Assembly: GCA_963798865.1 (NCBI GenBank)
Contig: CAWCVZ010000004.1
Span: 56,862-96,861, forward strand
Origin: an uncultured Ignavibacteria bacterium
GTDB lineage: Bacteria > Bacteroidota > Ignavibacteria > Ignavibacteriales > Ignavibacteriaceae
DNA length: 40,000 bases
Direction of reading: 5' to 3'
Made by a program: the position numbers and the translations under genes
Notes under the pieces: generated by a model
What the model was told of the DNA's origin: nothing
Seen by the model: the letters and a program-made list of their open reading frames with translations, nothing else
Database searches by the model: none
Shown here: piece after piece, positions 17,345 through 27,916 of the stretch
How the letters are laid out: each line of letters begins with the position of its first letter
How positions within the stretch are numbered: position 1 is the first letter of the stretch

Positions 17345-17696
17345 CATTCTGAGCAATGCAAAGAATCTAAAACAAAAAAATTAACCCGCTCCTCAACTGA
17401 ACTCCAATAAATTTCTTCAAAAAATCTATTCGCACATTAAAAGAATTACAGAAAGAAATTGAGATAAGCGGAGAGTTAAAAGATAAATTCTGTTTGAGTC
17501 CCGTTTTACGGGACGAGTTAATTTATCTTAGCTGAACGAAAGATAATTTTATGGCGAAGCCATTCCTTCGGAAGAATTTCTTTTTTACCTGTCCGCCTAT
17601 GGCGGAAGTGCATGTTCTTTCCTGCCTGCCGGTTTACATACCAAAGGTATGCAGGCAGGAGATACTTTTCTTGCGCCAGGAAAAGTATGAATTGAT
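17345..17696. repeat. Repeat unit U7 (terminal; segment between H1 and H2 replaced)
   Basis: After H1 the usual acaaagcttatcgaaaatttcc... is replaced by gctgaacgaaagataattttatggcgaagccattccttcggaagaat...tccgcctatggcgga. Homology to the other units ends at attgat (17696). Confidence 0.8.
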
Positions 17697-18123
17697 CTTC
17701 TGTAATAACCAGTTTAAAATATCTTTTCAGTCTTAGCCTGCATGCCGATTAGGCAGTTAAAAGCCCTTTGTATTACTTACAGCTTCGCCTTCATCAGTTA
17801 CAACCTGCAAAAAATTAAACTGTTAAAAGAGCTGTGTTTACAACAAACGGGTATTATTCAACCCGGATACTTACAACATGGAAAAATTTATTTATAGTAT
17901 CAGATGTTAAATTAAAATCTGTATCCAAAAGAGATTTCATAATTCCCCTTAATAAATTCTGTTTTAAGAATTAATAAATATCTGAATTTGAATAGCAGGG
18001 GGATTAAAAGATTTGTTTGTTCCCATATAGCCCCTGTAAAACTTATTCCCAACTCATTATTTTGGTTCTAAATAAGCAACAAAAAATTTCCGGATATTTC
18101 ACAACAACAAACAATTGCCAATT

Positions 18124-18186
18124 ACTAATAACCAATGACCAATGACCAATGACCAATGACTAATGACTAATCACTAATGACAAATG
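18124..18186. repeat. Heptanucleotide microsatellite (ACCAATG/ACTAATG, about 9 copies)
   Basis: accaatg x4, then actaatg, actaatc, actaatg and acaaatg, read directly at 18131-18186 with degenerate copies upstream. It lies about 55 nt downstream of the lysC stop. Confidence 0.9.
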
Positions 18187-18240
18187 AATTGACAAGTTGA
18201 ACTATTTATTAATCTAATAACTAAACAACTTTGTAATCAA

Positions 18241-19564
18241 TCAGAACAAGCTCCTGTGCAAAGCCTCAAGAACAGCTTTCTTTTCTTCAGAGGGAATGAG
18301 AATGGAAATGTTGTGCCTGCTTCCGCCGTATGATATCATTCGCAAGTGGAAATTACTAAGCGCTTCAAAAACTTTATGTATGTATCCTTTTTGATCTACA
18401 ATATTATGACCAACCAGACAGACAATCGTCATATTTTTGCTTACTTCAACCTCGCTGAATTTTTTTAATTCTTCAAGAATTCTTTTTAGCTTGGATGAAT
18501 CATCAATTGTAACAGATACTGCAACCTCTGAAGTTGTAATCATATCAATCGGCGTTTCAAAATGTTCAAAAACCTGGAAAACTTTTGTTAAAAAACCATA
18601 CGCCAAAAGCATTCTTCCGGATTTAATTTTTACTGCTGTTATTCCATCTTTCGCAGCAACAGCTTTAATCCCATCGCCTGTAGTTTTATCTGTAATTAAT
18701 GTTCCTTCATCTTCCGGCTTCATAGTATTCTTTAATCTTACAGGAACATTTGCAAGTTTTGCCGGCAGCATAGTTGAAGGATGAAGTATCTTTGCACCAA
18801 AGTACGCTAACTCGGCAGCTTCATCAAAAGAAAGCTGCCCAATCGGGTAAGTGTTTTCAACATATCTCGGGTCGTTATTATGAAAGCCGCTGATGTCTGT
18901 CCATATCTGCACTTCTTCAGAATTAATCGCAGCTCCGATTAATGATGCGGTATAATCACTTCCGCCTCTTTTCAGGTTATCAATTTCTCCATAAAGATTT
19001 TTGCATATATAACCTTGCGTTATAAATATTTTTTTATCAGGATATTGTTCAAGCTCCCTGGTTAAGTTTTCTTTTATATAGTAATTATCAGGTTCTGAGT
19101 TTGAATCTATTCTCATAAAATTTAAAGCAGGGAGGAGGACTGAATCAATTTTTTGTTGTGTAAGATAAAGATGAAAAAGCCCGGATGAGATTAATTCCCC
19201 CTGTGCAAGAATCTTTTTTTCATCGCTGTCTGTAAAGTCATCCTCCTTGAATGACCGTATTAAGTTGAAATGTGATAATATTTAATTCTTTCCCTTTTTC
19301 TTTAAATTCTTTTTTAGAAAAAAGTTCATCAACCATTTTATTGTATTTCTCTTCAAGTAAGCCGGTGACTTCCTTAGCAAGTTCTGTTTTATTTTTAAAG
19401 AGTGCATTGGAAATCTCAACCAGCGAGTTCGTTGTTCCCGCCATTGCCGAAAGAACGATAATTTTGGGTGAATTTATTCCCTTTGGATTTAGAATAAGAT
19501 CAGCAACGGCTTTCATCCGTTCTGCAGAACCAACAGATGTCCCTCCGAATTTTAATACTTGCAT
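18241..19564 (-). CDS. lysC: Aspartate kinase (single frameshift near 19240-19250)
   Basis: N-terminal MQVLKFGGTSVGSAERM... (ORF 19238..19564). The C-terminal catalytic and ACT-domain part is ORF 18241..19116. Hand translation of 19117-19250 in the third frame (EDDFTDSDEKKILAQGELISSGLFHLYL) bridges the two. Confidence 0.9.
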
Positions 19565-19683
19565 ACTTATTTATCTTTTTACTTTAATATAAACTTTTCC
19601 CGGTTAGGGTCGGTAGGGAAAAGGTATAAATGTATAAAAATAGTTTTATGACTTTTCATTTTCATCTTTCGTTTCTTATTTTT

Positions 19684-19739
19684 TTCTTACTTCTTACTTC
19701 TTACTTCTTACTTCTTACTTCTTACTTCTTACTTCTTAC
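19684..19739. repeat. Heptanucleotide microsatellite (TTCTTAC x8, perfect)
   Basis: Eight perfect copies at 19684-19739. The last copy contains the stop codon of the DUF502 gene (19736-19738). The array lies 120 nt upstream of the lysC ATG. Confidence 0.95.
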
Positions 19740-20281
19740 TTACTTTTACTCAATCCACCAGTAACAATAAATGTCATTATCTCTTCCGCACCGGAATTAA
19801 TAAGCTTCACTTCAGTAGAAGGTACAACTATCAGGTTTCCGGCAAAGTTATATGCCTGTGGAATGTAAACTGCAACTTTATCTTTTTCTCCAAGCAGATC
19901 AAGGTTTTCTTCGGTAACAAATCCAAGTATTTCAATATTACTGTCTTTTGATGCCTTGACTAAAACAGGCTTATTAAATTTCTTTTTGTCACCAACAAAA
20001 GCTTCAATAAGATCTTTAATAGAATTATAGATCAATTTTACGAGGGGCAAACGGCTGAAAATTCTTTCTAAAAGATTTGTTAATCCCTTTGTAAAAATAT
20101 TGGAGGCAATAAAACCAACAACAAGTATTAAACCCAGCGTTATAAGAAATCCAATGCCGGGAATTTTGAAATTGAAAAGACCATCTATCTTAATAAAGAT
20201 GAGATAAACAAAGTAAATAGTGGCAGAAGTCGGAAGTATTACAATTAGCCCTTCAAAAAAATATCTTGTAATAGTTTTCAT
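19736..20281 (-). CDS. DUF502-family membrane protein
   Basis: 181-aa ORF with two N-terminal TM helices and a conserved-looking C-terminal domain typical of DUF502. Confidence 0.7.
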   Translation of the reverse strand: MKTITRYFFEGLIVILPTSATIYFVYLIFIKIDGLFNFKIPGIGFLITLGLILVVGFIASNIFTKGLTNLLERIFSRLPLVKLIYNSIKDLIEAFVGDKKKFNKPVLVKASKDSNIEILGFVTEENLDLLGEKDKVAVYIPQAYNFAGNLIVVPSTEVKLINSGAEEIMTFIVTGGLSKSK

Positions 20282-20405
20282 TTTATTCCTTTTGTTTTCT
20301 ATACAAAGATAGGAAAGAAGAAGTTATAAGGGAATTGGTATGAGGAAATTGCGTATAAGGTATATTCAATATTTAATGGATTCCCGTCTCCTATACCTTT
20401 CAATC

Positions 20406-20744
<339 letters not shown>

Positions 20745-20764
20745 TTAAAACCTCTTAAATTTTT

Positions 20765-22057
20765 TTACGATACTTTTTCAAATTCCGGGTAAGCTTCCAT
20801 TCCATGTTCTCCAATATCTAATCCTTCAACCTCTTCAATTTCTGAAACTCTAATACCAATTATTTTCTTAAGAATTATCCATACTAAAAAGGAGACAGTG
20901 AATGTAAAACCTCCGACTGCCGCAATTCCAATTAATTGATGACTAAGAAGAGAAAACCCTCCACCAAAAAATAATCCGTTGCCGGTAGTGCCGGGCATAA
21001 ATTTATCCTGCGCAAAAAAACCAACAGCCAGCGTTCCAAAAATTCCATTTACCAGGTGAACAGAAACAGCGCCGACAGGGTCATCTAACTTAAATATTTT
21101 TTCAAATCCTAATACTGCAAATACAACTAATCCTCCAGCGATTGTACCAATAACCAGAGAGCTTTCAACACTTACAAATGCACAAGGTGCGGTTATTGCA
21201 ACCAGTCCGGCAAGACACCCGTTTATTGTCATACTTAAATCCGGTTTGCCAAGCACCAGCCATGCAATTATTGTTGAACTTAAAATTCCTGCTATTGCTG
21301 CACTGTTTGTTGTTATACAGATTCTTGCAATACTTTCCGGATCTGCAGACATTGTACTGCCGGGGTTAAACCCGAACCAGCCGAGCCACAAAATTAAAGC
21401 ACCTAAAGTTGCAGAGGTCATATTATGCCCGGGAATTGGAAAAGTTTTTCCCCCGCGGAATTTTCCTATGCGGGGACCAAGAATTATTGCACCGGTAAGT
21501 GCAGCCCAGCCTCCAACTGAATGGACTACAGTCGATCCGGCAAAATCCCAGAAACCAAGTTTTGCAAGCCATCCTCCGCCCCAGATCCAATGCCCTGTAA
21601 CCGGATAAAGAAATGCAACCAGTACAAAAGAAAATATTATAAAAGCTATATATTTTATTCTCTCAGCTACGGCCCCTGAAACAATTGTCGCTGCGGTTCC
21701 GGCAAAAACAAGCTGAAAGAAAAATTTTGCTGATAAAGGAACAGATGCCCAGCTTAGCGCCGTGTAAACACCTGAATAAGATTCCCCGGTTAATGGGCTG
21801 TTATCGGAACCATTTAATCCGAATAATCCCTGCAAGCCCAGAAAATCATTTCCATTGCCGAACATTAATCCCCAGCCTATTATCCAGAATGCAAGGGATG
21901 AAATGGCAAAGACTATAAAGTTTTTGGAAAGAATATTCACGGAATTTTTGCTCCTTGCAAAACCGGACTCTACCATAGCGAATCCAAGGTTCATAAAAAA
22001 GACAAGCATTGCTGTAAATAGAACCCAGATGGTATCGAGGATTACCTTGTTATCCAT
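20765..22057 (-). CDS. amtB: Ammonium transporter (Amt family)
   Basis: 430-aa polytopic membrane protein with Amt signatures ([32 protein letters not shown]). Confidence 0.95.
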   Translation of the reverse strand: MDNKVILDTIWVLFTAMLVFFMNLGFAMVESGFARSKNSVNILSKNFIVFAISSLAFWIIGWGLMFGNGNDFLGLQGLFGLNGSDNSPLTGESYSGVYTALSWASVPLSAKFFFQLVFAGTAATIVSGAVAERIKYIAFIIFSFVLVAFLYPVTGHWIWGGGWLAKLGFWDFAGSTVVHSVGGWAALTGAIILGPRIGKFRGGKTFPIPGHNMTSATLGALILWLGWFGFNPGSTMSADPESIARICITTNSAAIAGILSSTIIAWLVLGKPDLSMTINGCLAGLVAITAPCAFVSVESSLVIGTIAGGLVVFAVLGFEKIFKLDDPVGAVSVHLVNGIFGTLAVGFFAQDKFMPGTTGNGLFFGGGFSLLSHQLIGIAAVGGFTFTVSFLVWIILKKIIGIRVSEIEEVEGLDIGEHGMEAYPEFEKVS

Positions 22058-22210
22058 TTAACGCCTTTCCTGATCTGAATAATAATTTGCTTATTAATAG
22101 AAAAATCCTGAATAAATAAGGAATATTTTGGAATAACTTTAAATATTAAGGAATTCAGGTGCTTATATAAAAATATATTTTTTATAAGTCAAGAGCGGTT
22201 TTTTAATAAT

Positions 22211-23083
22211 TTATCCCAGGTAAAAATAAATTAATGAAATGGCCTGGTGATAATATGTTCTTCCAAAGAGATTGAGATGGTTTAAGATATGATAAAGTTT
22301 GTAAATATTTTCCCGGTATTCATAATCCTCCTCTAAAGGAGAAGTTTCGTTATAAGAATTATAAAATGCGGGACTGAATCCTCCAAATAATTTTGTCATT
22401 GCAAGGTCTGCTTCTCTGTGTCCATAATAAACTGCCGGATCAATTAAGCAGGGATTTCCATTTTCATCAGGAATATAATTTCCGCTCCAGAGATCACCGT
22501 GTAAAAGAGAGGGAGACTCATCAGAATTTCCTAATATTTTTTCAATTTGTTTTTCGAGTTTCAAAATTCCGCTTTTTAATTCACTTGTTGCATAACCATT
22601 TTTTTCTGCAAGCCGGTATTGATATAAAATTCTCTTGTTGAAATAAAATTCTGTCCAGCTGTTTCTTTCATTCTGATCAGGAATATTAATTTGAGGATTT
22701 GAGCCTATGTAGTTATTCTCATAAAATCCGAATTTCTCTCCTCTGTATTTATGCAGTTCAGCAAACTTTCTCCCAAAATCTTCAAAAAATTTTTTAGATC
22801 GGTTTCCCTGCGAGATAAATTCCGTTAGTAAAAAATCATCTTTACAAAGGATAACCTCCGGTACTCTGATTACTTTTGCTTTTTTTAATTCTCTTAAGCC
22901 GTTCGCTTCTTTAATGAAAAGATCTTTTGGAGAAGAATTTAATTTTAAGAAATAATTTTTACCTGATTCATCACTAACCTTATAAGCATCGCTAATGCAG
23001 CCTCCGGATAAAGATGAAACAGATTTTATTTTTATTCCTGTTTCTTTTTCAACCTTTGTTATTATTTCCTGATTCAATATCAA
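22211..23083 (-). CDS. Fructosamine/ketosamine kinase-family protein
   Basis: 290 aa with LLHGDLWSGN and DPAVYYGHREADLAM motifs. Confidence 0.85.
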   Translation of the reverse strand: MILNQEIITKVEKETGIKIKSVSSLSGGCISDAYKVSDESGKNYFLKLNSSPKDLFIKEANGLRELKKAKVIRVPEVILCKDDFLLTEFISQGNRSKKFFEDFGRKFAELHKYRGEKFGFYENNYIGSNPQINIPDQNERNSWTEFYFNKRILYQYRLAEKNGYATSELKSGILKLEKQIEKILGNSDESPSLLHGDLWSGNYIPDENGNPCLIDPAVYYGHREADLAMTKLFGGFSPAFYNSYNETSPLEEDYEYRENIYKLYHILNHLNLFGRTYYHQAISLIYFYLG

Positions 23084-23561
23084 CTTTTATCTTTTCTAAT
23101 AAAACTTTGCAGGAATCTTCGAGTATATCAAGAACTTTTTCAAAACCTTCAGGTCCCAAATAGTACGGATCTGTTACCTCATTAAATTTAATATCACCTG
23201 AAAACCTCGACATCTTTAATATTTTATCACCAAATTTTCTATTGATATCAAAGGCAAGAATATCGGAATAAATTTCATTATCCATTGCAATTATGTAATC
23301 TGATTCATGAAAATCTTTTTCAGGATTAAAGCCTCTTGCAATATGATCCAGTGAATACCCTCTGTTTTTTGCATGTTTTCGCATTCTCGGGTCAGAAGAT
23401 TCTCCTTCATGGTAGTTAATTGTTCCTGATGAATCTACTTCAATAACATCTTCTAGTTTTTCATTCTTAATATACTTCCTTAGCACTGCTTCAGCAGAAG
23501 GAGAGCGGCAGATATTTCCAAGGCAAACAAATAATACTTTTTTCTTCTTCATATTTACCAT
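23049..23561 (-). CDS. Low-molecular-weight protein tyrosine phosphatase
   Basis: The CLGNICRS P-loop (CX5R-S) lies near the N-terminus, and the DPYY motif is present. Confidence 0.9.
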   Translation of the reverse strand: MVNMKKKKVLFVCLGNICRSPSAEAVLRKYIKNEKLEDVIEVDSSGTINYHEGESSDPRMRKHAKNRGYSLDHIARGFNPEKDFHESDYIIAMDNEIYSDILAFDINRKFGDKILKMSRFSGDIKFNEVTDPYYLGPEGFEKVLDILEDSCKVLLEKIKVDIESGNNNKG

Positions 23562-23735
23562 AAGCTCTTTCTTTTATTCAAAAATTGATTCTTAATTGTA
23601 TATGAAATAAAAATAAAATATTGTTTAATTTAAATGAGATAATTATTGCCTTATGTATTTATCTTTTCATAAGAATACATTATCTTAATTTCAATCTTTC
23701 AGTAGATTCATAATTCAAAAAAAATAAGGAGTATT

Positions 23736-24080
23736 ATGGCTTATACAATAACAAAGTTGTGTCTGAACTGTAAAGACATTGCCTGCACACAGGTTTGCCC
23801 TGTTGATTGTATTTATGAATATACTGGTGATGATCCGACTATTCCGAAAGAGATGCTTCTAATTGATCCTGATGAATGTATTGATTGTAATGCCTGTGTT
23901 CCTGAATGTCCGTGGGAAGCAATTTTCGAAAATGATCTTGTTCCGGATATATTTAAAGAGGATATAGAATTAAATGCAAGAATAGTAGGACAGCCAAGGT
24001 TTGTTCCAACCAGGCCGGATGAACCTATGCCAACCCCTGATGAAGTTGCTGCAAATAAAAAGAAATGGGGTTATTCTTAA
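23736..24080 (+). CDS. Ferredoxin (two Cys clusters, FdxA-like)
   Basis: [18 protein letters not shown] and [12 protein letters not shown] cluster motifs. Confidence 0.9.
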   Translation: MAYTITKLCLNCKDIACTQVCPVDCIYEYTGDDPTIPKEMLLIDPDECIDCNACVPECPWEAIFENDLVPDIFKEDIELNARIVGQPRFVPTRPDEPMPTPDEVAANKKKWGYS

Positions 24081-24225
24081 ATAACTCCATTTTCATTTCA
24101 TTGTCTAATTGAATTGATAGCTTGTAGTCTTTTATAAACAATTTAAAAAAATATATTTCGTTTATAATATTTTTTTGATGGCACCTCGTTTGTCTTAAGA
24201 TACAGTCTTATAAACCGAGGTTAGT

Positions 24226-24864
24226 ATGAAAAAAATATTTATAATGATTTGTATTTTACTTCCTGTCTCTGCATTTCCGCAGTGGGGAACATCTGCAATT
24301 AAATTAGGACACTTCAGTCCTGCTGCATCCGAAGGTGGATTTATTATTGGTTATGAAGGCGGGAAATATATTGACTACGGCTTTAATTTTGGATGGAGCA
24401 TTGATTGGTTTCATAAAACCTATGTTGATAAAAAACTTGTTTCAAGATTTAATGAACTTTATGGGATTGCCAATGGTTCTGTAAATGAACTCCGTGCAAA
24501 AACTACTTTGCATGATTTTCCTGTAATGATTAATGCTACTGCAAGATTTCCGGTTTCACCATTTGTAAATCTTTTAGTTAACGGGGGATTAGGCGCTGAG
24601 ATACTGTTAATTCATTACAGGAATTTTCAAAACCCGGATGAGAGTGAATTACAAGGTGCTTTTGATTTTAACTGGAGACTCGGTCTGGGTTTATCACTTA
24701 ACCTTGGCAGAAGATCGGAGATATTTGGTGAGCTTACTTATCATTCTTCAATGCCAAGCTGGGAATATGAAGTTGAAGGAAACGACGGAATTAAAAGAAC
24801 ATTTGAAAGGGAGTTTGATATGAGCGGATTGATGGCAAGAATTGGAATAAGGTTTTACTATTAA
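24226..24864 (+). CDS. Outer-membrane beta-barrel protein
   Basis: Signal peptide, alternating strand pattern and the C-terminal ARIGIRFYY. Confidence 0.7.
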   Translation: MKKIFIMICILLPVSAFPQWGTSAIKLGHFSPAASEGGFIIGYEGGKYIDYGFNFGWSIDWFHKTYVDKKLVSRFNELYGIANGSVNELRAKTTLHDFPVMINATARFPVSPFVNLLVNGGLGAEILLIHYRNFQNPDESELQGAFDFNWRLGLGLSLNLGRRSEIFGELTYHSSMPSWEYEVEGNDGIKRTFEREFDMSGLMARIGIRFYY

Positions 24865-25008
24865 TTACGTGCATTCATGCAACCATGTATTCATGCGACC
24901 ATGCATTTTAAGGTGCCATTCAAATCAACTACTGGAAAGTTGCATTATTGCATGGCTGCATGATTTATTGATATCCAGTTAATTTAAGAGTTTGATAATT
25001 TGTTAAAA

Positions 25009-26808
25009 TTATCTTGCACCCAGTTCAACCTGCAGTTTAATTTCTTCGCCATTCCGTTGAACTACAACTTCAACAACATCACCTGGCACGTGTTCCTGCA
25101 AAGCATAAACATAATCGTAAATATTCGAAATCTTTTTGCCGCCGAAATTAATCATAATGTCGCCACCCTTAATTCCTCCTTTTTGAGCAGGACTTCCTTC
25201 ACTTACGCCGGTTAATTTAAGACCTTCAACATCAGCAGCATAATCAGGGATGGTTCCGACATAAACCTTCCATCCGCCCCGCGTACCCTCGTCTTTCCGG
25301 GGAACGTTTATATATTCAGGTTTTTGTTCTTCACTGTCAATTTGCAAGGCAACATCATAAACATATTTAACAACTTTTTCTTCACCGGAAAAATTAATTT
25401 TATCAACATCATCAGTTGGTCTGTGATAATCAGGGTGAGTGCCTGTAAAGAAAAATAAAACCGGAATATTCTTTCCGTAAAATGATGACTGGTCACTGGG
25501 ACCATAACCATCATCATGAAATGCCAGACTAAAATTATAACTGTTAGAGGAGTTCAACAAATCTTTCCAGCCGGCTGAGGTGCCGACACCATAAACTATC
25601 AATTCATTTTTTTCATTTAATCTTCCGATCATATCCATATTTACCATTGTACTCATTTGTGTAACAGGAACTGGTGTATGATTTACAAAATATTCTGAGC
25701 CCAGCAAACCTAATTCCTCACCCGAAAAAGTAATAAAGATGATGCTTCTTTTAAGTTTATTTTTTTCACTGGCAAATTTTTCAGCTATTTCCAGAACACC
25801 TGCAGTTCCCGATGCATTATCATCAGCACCATTATGAACCTGGGGGGTATCTCCGCGATATAGTGAACCGGTTTCTCCCATTCCAAGGTGATCAAAATGA
25901 GCACCTACTACCACATATTCATTTTTTAATTCGGGATCATTTCCTTCAAGATAGCCTGCAACATTCCAGCTGTCTTTAATAACTTCTTTTACACCGGTTT
26001 TAATTTTAACTTTTACATCTTTAAAAAGAAATGAACCCGGCTTTTTAGATTCACTAATCTTTTTCTGATATTCTTCAAGATTCAAGCCCTGAGATTTAAA
26101 AAGCTGATCTGCAAAATTTCTTTTAATCTGAATCGCACCAATTCCGGAAGCAGAACCCGCTCCATCGTATTTGAAATCCAACAATTTATCTTCATCAACT
26201 TTAGGAAGAGCTCCATTTACAAAAATTATTGCCTTAGCTCCTTTTTCCCTGGCAACAGTAGTCTTCTGCCTGAATGAAGAATAATTGTCAAACTCGGAAT
26301 GAGGATTATCATATTCAGGATTAAATCTTAATGCTAAAACAATTTTATCTTTAACATCAATTCCATCATAGTCATCATAATTTAATGATGGAACGGATAA
26401 ACCATATCCGGCAAAAACCAATTCAGATTCGGAAGAAATATTATCAGAAAAAGGGGCTGGAATAAAATCTTTTGAGAGATCTAAAGAATTTATTTCATCT
26501 TTTATCGTAAACTCAACAGAATTATCACCATCGAATTCCACCCCGGATATAAAGGGAAAAGTTTGTTTGTATCCACCTGAAAATAATGGAGTCAATCCTG
26601 AGCTTTTAAATTGTTCTTCTATATAATTCGCTGCTTCCAGGCATTCTTTACTTCCGGTGAACCTGCCTTTCATTTCATCTGAAGCAAGATATGTTATGTG
26701 GTCTTTAATCTCCTGGCTTGTTATTTCGGGATTACTGTTATGGTCTCCCCCGTTATAATTTCCAAAAAACATAAAAGGAGCAATCAGGACGAAAATAATT
26801 TTTTTCAT
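25009..26808 (-). CDS. M28-family metallopeptidase with a C-terminal PDZ domain
   Basis: Zn-ligand blocks GAHFDHLG, DDNASGTAG, SGEELGLLGS, NMDMIG and HRPTD. The PDZ-like segment is LTGVSEGSPAQKGGIKGGDIMINFGG. Confidence 0.85.
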   Translation of the reverse strand: MKKIIFVLIAPFMFFGNYNGGDHNSNPEITSQEIKDHITYLASDEMKGRFTGSKECLEAANYIEEQFKSSGLTPLFSGGYKQTFPFISGVEFDGDNSVEFTIKDEINSLDLSKDFIPAPFSDNISSESELVFAGYGLSVPSLNYDDYDGIDVKDKIVLALRFNPEYDNPHSEFDNYSSFRQKTTVAREKGAKAIIFVNGALPKVDEDKLLDFKYDGAGSASGIGAIQIKRNFADQLFKSQGLNLEEYQKKISESKKPGSFLFKDVKVKIKTGVKEVIKDSWNVAGYLEGNDPELKNEYVVVGAHFDHLGMGETGSLYRGDTPQVHNGADDNASGTAGVLEIAEKFASEKNKLKRSIIFITFSGEELGLLGSEYFVNHTPVPVTQMSTMVNMDMIGRLNEKNELIVYGVGTSAGWKDLLNSSNSYNFSLAFHDDGYGPSDQSSFYGKNIPVLFFFTGTHPDYHRPTDDVDKINFSGEEKVVKYVYDVALQIDSEEQKPEYINVPRKDEGTRGGWKVYVGTIPDYAADVEGLKLTGVSEGSPAQKGGIKGGDIMINFGGKKISNIYDYVYALQEHVPGDVVEVVVQRNGEEIKLQVELGAR

Positions 26809-26838
26809 TTCTCCACCTTTTAAATTTCTGACTATGAT

Positions 26839-27879
26839 TTATTCAATCCAGTCAGCAATAAAAATATTTGTATCGCCTTCTTTTTTATTAAATCTGTTTG
26901 AAGCAAAAACAAGTTTCTTCCCATCTCTTGTAAACATAGGAAAACCATCAAAAGTATCATTGAAAGTAATCTGCTCTAAACCTGTTCCATCAATGTTAAT
27001 CAAATACAAATCAAAATCTCTTCCTGTTTTGCTATTAATATTTGAAGCAAAGATTATTCTTTTTCCATCCGGGTGAAAGAAAGGAGCAAAACTTGCTTTA
27101 CCAAAGTTTGTTACTTGCTGCATATCAGAGCCATCCGAATTCATAACATAAATTTCCAGGGCAGTAGGTCTAACCAAACCGTTATTTACAAGATCATCAT
27201 AATCTTTTTGTTCTTCATCAGTTTTCGGTCTGCTTGCCCTGAACACAATTTTTTTCCCATCCAAAGAAAAATAAGGACCTCCATCATAACCTTTTTCATG
27301 AGTAAGTCTTTTTTGATTACTTCCATCAATATTCATAACATAAATTTCAGGGTCTCCATCTCTTGTAGAAGTAAAAACAATTTTATCTCCTACTGGAGAA
27401 ACCGTTGCTTCCGCATCATAGCCGTTTGTATTAGTTATTTGTTTAAGATTACTTCCGTCCGGCTTTGCCATAAAAATGTCAAAAGTTTCATAGAGTTTCC
27501 AAACATATCCTTTTGAACGGTCGGGCGGGGGAGGACAATTTTTATCTGCAAGGTGAGTCGAAGCATAAATTATTGCGGTATCTCCGGGTAAAAAATAAGA
27601 GCAGGTTGTTTTTCCAAAACCTGTTGAAACCATTTTTTTGTTTGATCCATCAATATTCATCGTAAATATCTGATCACAGGGAAGATTACCGGAATTAGAT
27701 TGGAAGATCAGTTTCTTTTCATCAAAAGAGAAATAGGCTTCAGCATTTTCTCCGCCTGGCGTCAGCATTTTTATATTTGCAAGATGTTTTTCTCCGGGAA
27801 GCTTTAATGAATCATTCTGTGGAATTATAGTAACACTAAAAAGGAGAATTGTAAATGAAATTAAAATTATTTTTTTCAT
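26839..27879 (-). CDS. TolB-like PD40 beta-propeller repeat protein (secreted)
   Basis: Signal peptide plus repeated ...FSPDGKKIVF.S.R.G...IY.MN.DGS... units. Confidence 0.8.
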   Translation of the reverse strand: MKKIILISFTILLFSVTIIPQNDSLKLPGEKHLANIKMLTPGGENAEAYFSFDEKKLIFQSNSGNLPCDQIFTMNIDGSNKKMVSTGFGKTTCSYFLPGDTAIIYASTHLADKNCPPPPDRSKGYVWKLYETFDIFMAKPDGSNLKQITNTNGYDAEATVSPVGDKIVFTSTRDGDPEIYVMNIDGSNQKRLTHEKGYDGGPYFSLDGKKIVFRASRPKTDEEQKDYDDLVNNGLVRPTALEIYVMNSDGSDMQQVTNFGKASFAPFFHPDGKRIIFASNINSKTGRDFDLYLINIDGTGLEQITFNDTFDGFPMFTRDGKKLVFASNRFNKKEGDTNIFIADWIE

Positions 27880-27916
27880 AGCGGTTCTTTTTTAAAATTG
27901 AGTTAATGGGTAGTTA

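Larger units (their letters stand above)
15180..17696. repeat. Tandem array of seven structured non-coding units of about 330-390 bp each
   Basis: Units start with cattctga (U4: ctttctga) at 15180, 15569, 15937, 16285, 16645, 17014 and 17345. Each canonical unit has three hairpins. In U2 these are H1 at 15699-15756 (gttaaaagataaatt...gtcccg-tttta-cgggac...aatttatcttaac), H2 at 15805-15843 (cctgcctgccggtttacatacc-aaa-ggtatgcaggcagg) and H3 at 15846-15872 (atacttttc-ttgcgccag-gaaaagtat). No ORF is conserved between units. Confidence 0.9.

Noticed and set aside
15180-17696. CRISPR array as an explanation for the tandem repeats
   Set aside because: The period is about 365 bp, not 55-75 bp. The units are homologous along their whole length, so there are no unique spacers. 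No cas genes are in the window.
18241-19564. lysC and purB (38350..39652) as genuine pseudogenes
   Set aside because: Each has a single 1-nt frame change in an otherwise fully conserved housekeeping gene, and the purB change sits at a homopolymer. Assembly indel error is the simpler explanation.
19565-19683. Lysine riboswitch (L-box) in the lysC leader
   Set aside because: Reading the minus strand, I found none of the conserved L-box core elements. The leader is short and AT-rich.
24865-25008. Repeated catgca/tgcatg strings between the convergent OMP and M28 peptidase genes
   Set aside because: These are short, imperfect direct repeats (attcatgc[ag]accatg x2) in a convergent intergenic spacer. 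No stable stem followed by a T-run and no recognisable motif is present, so they are probably just terminator-region noise.
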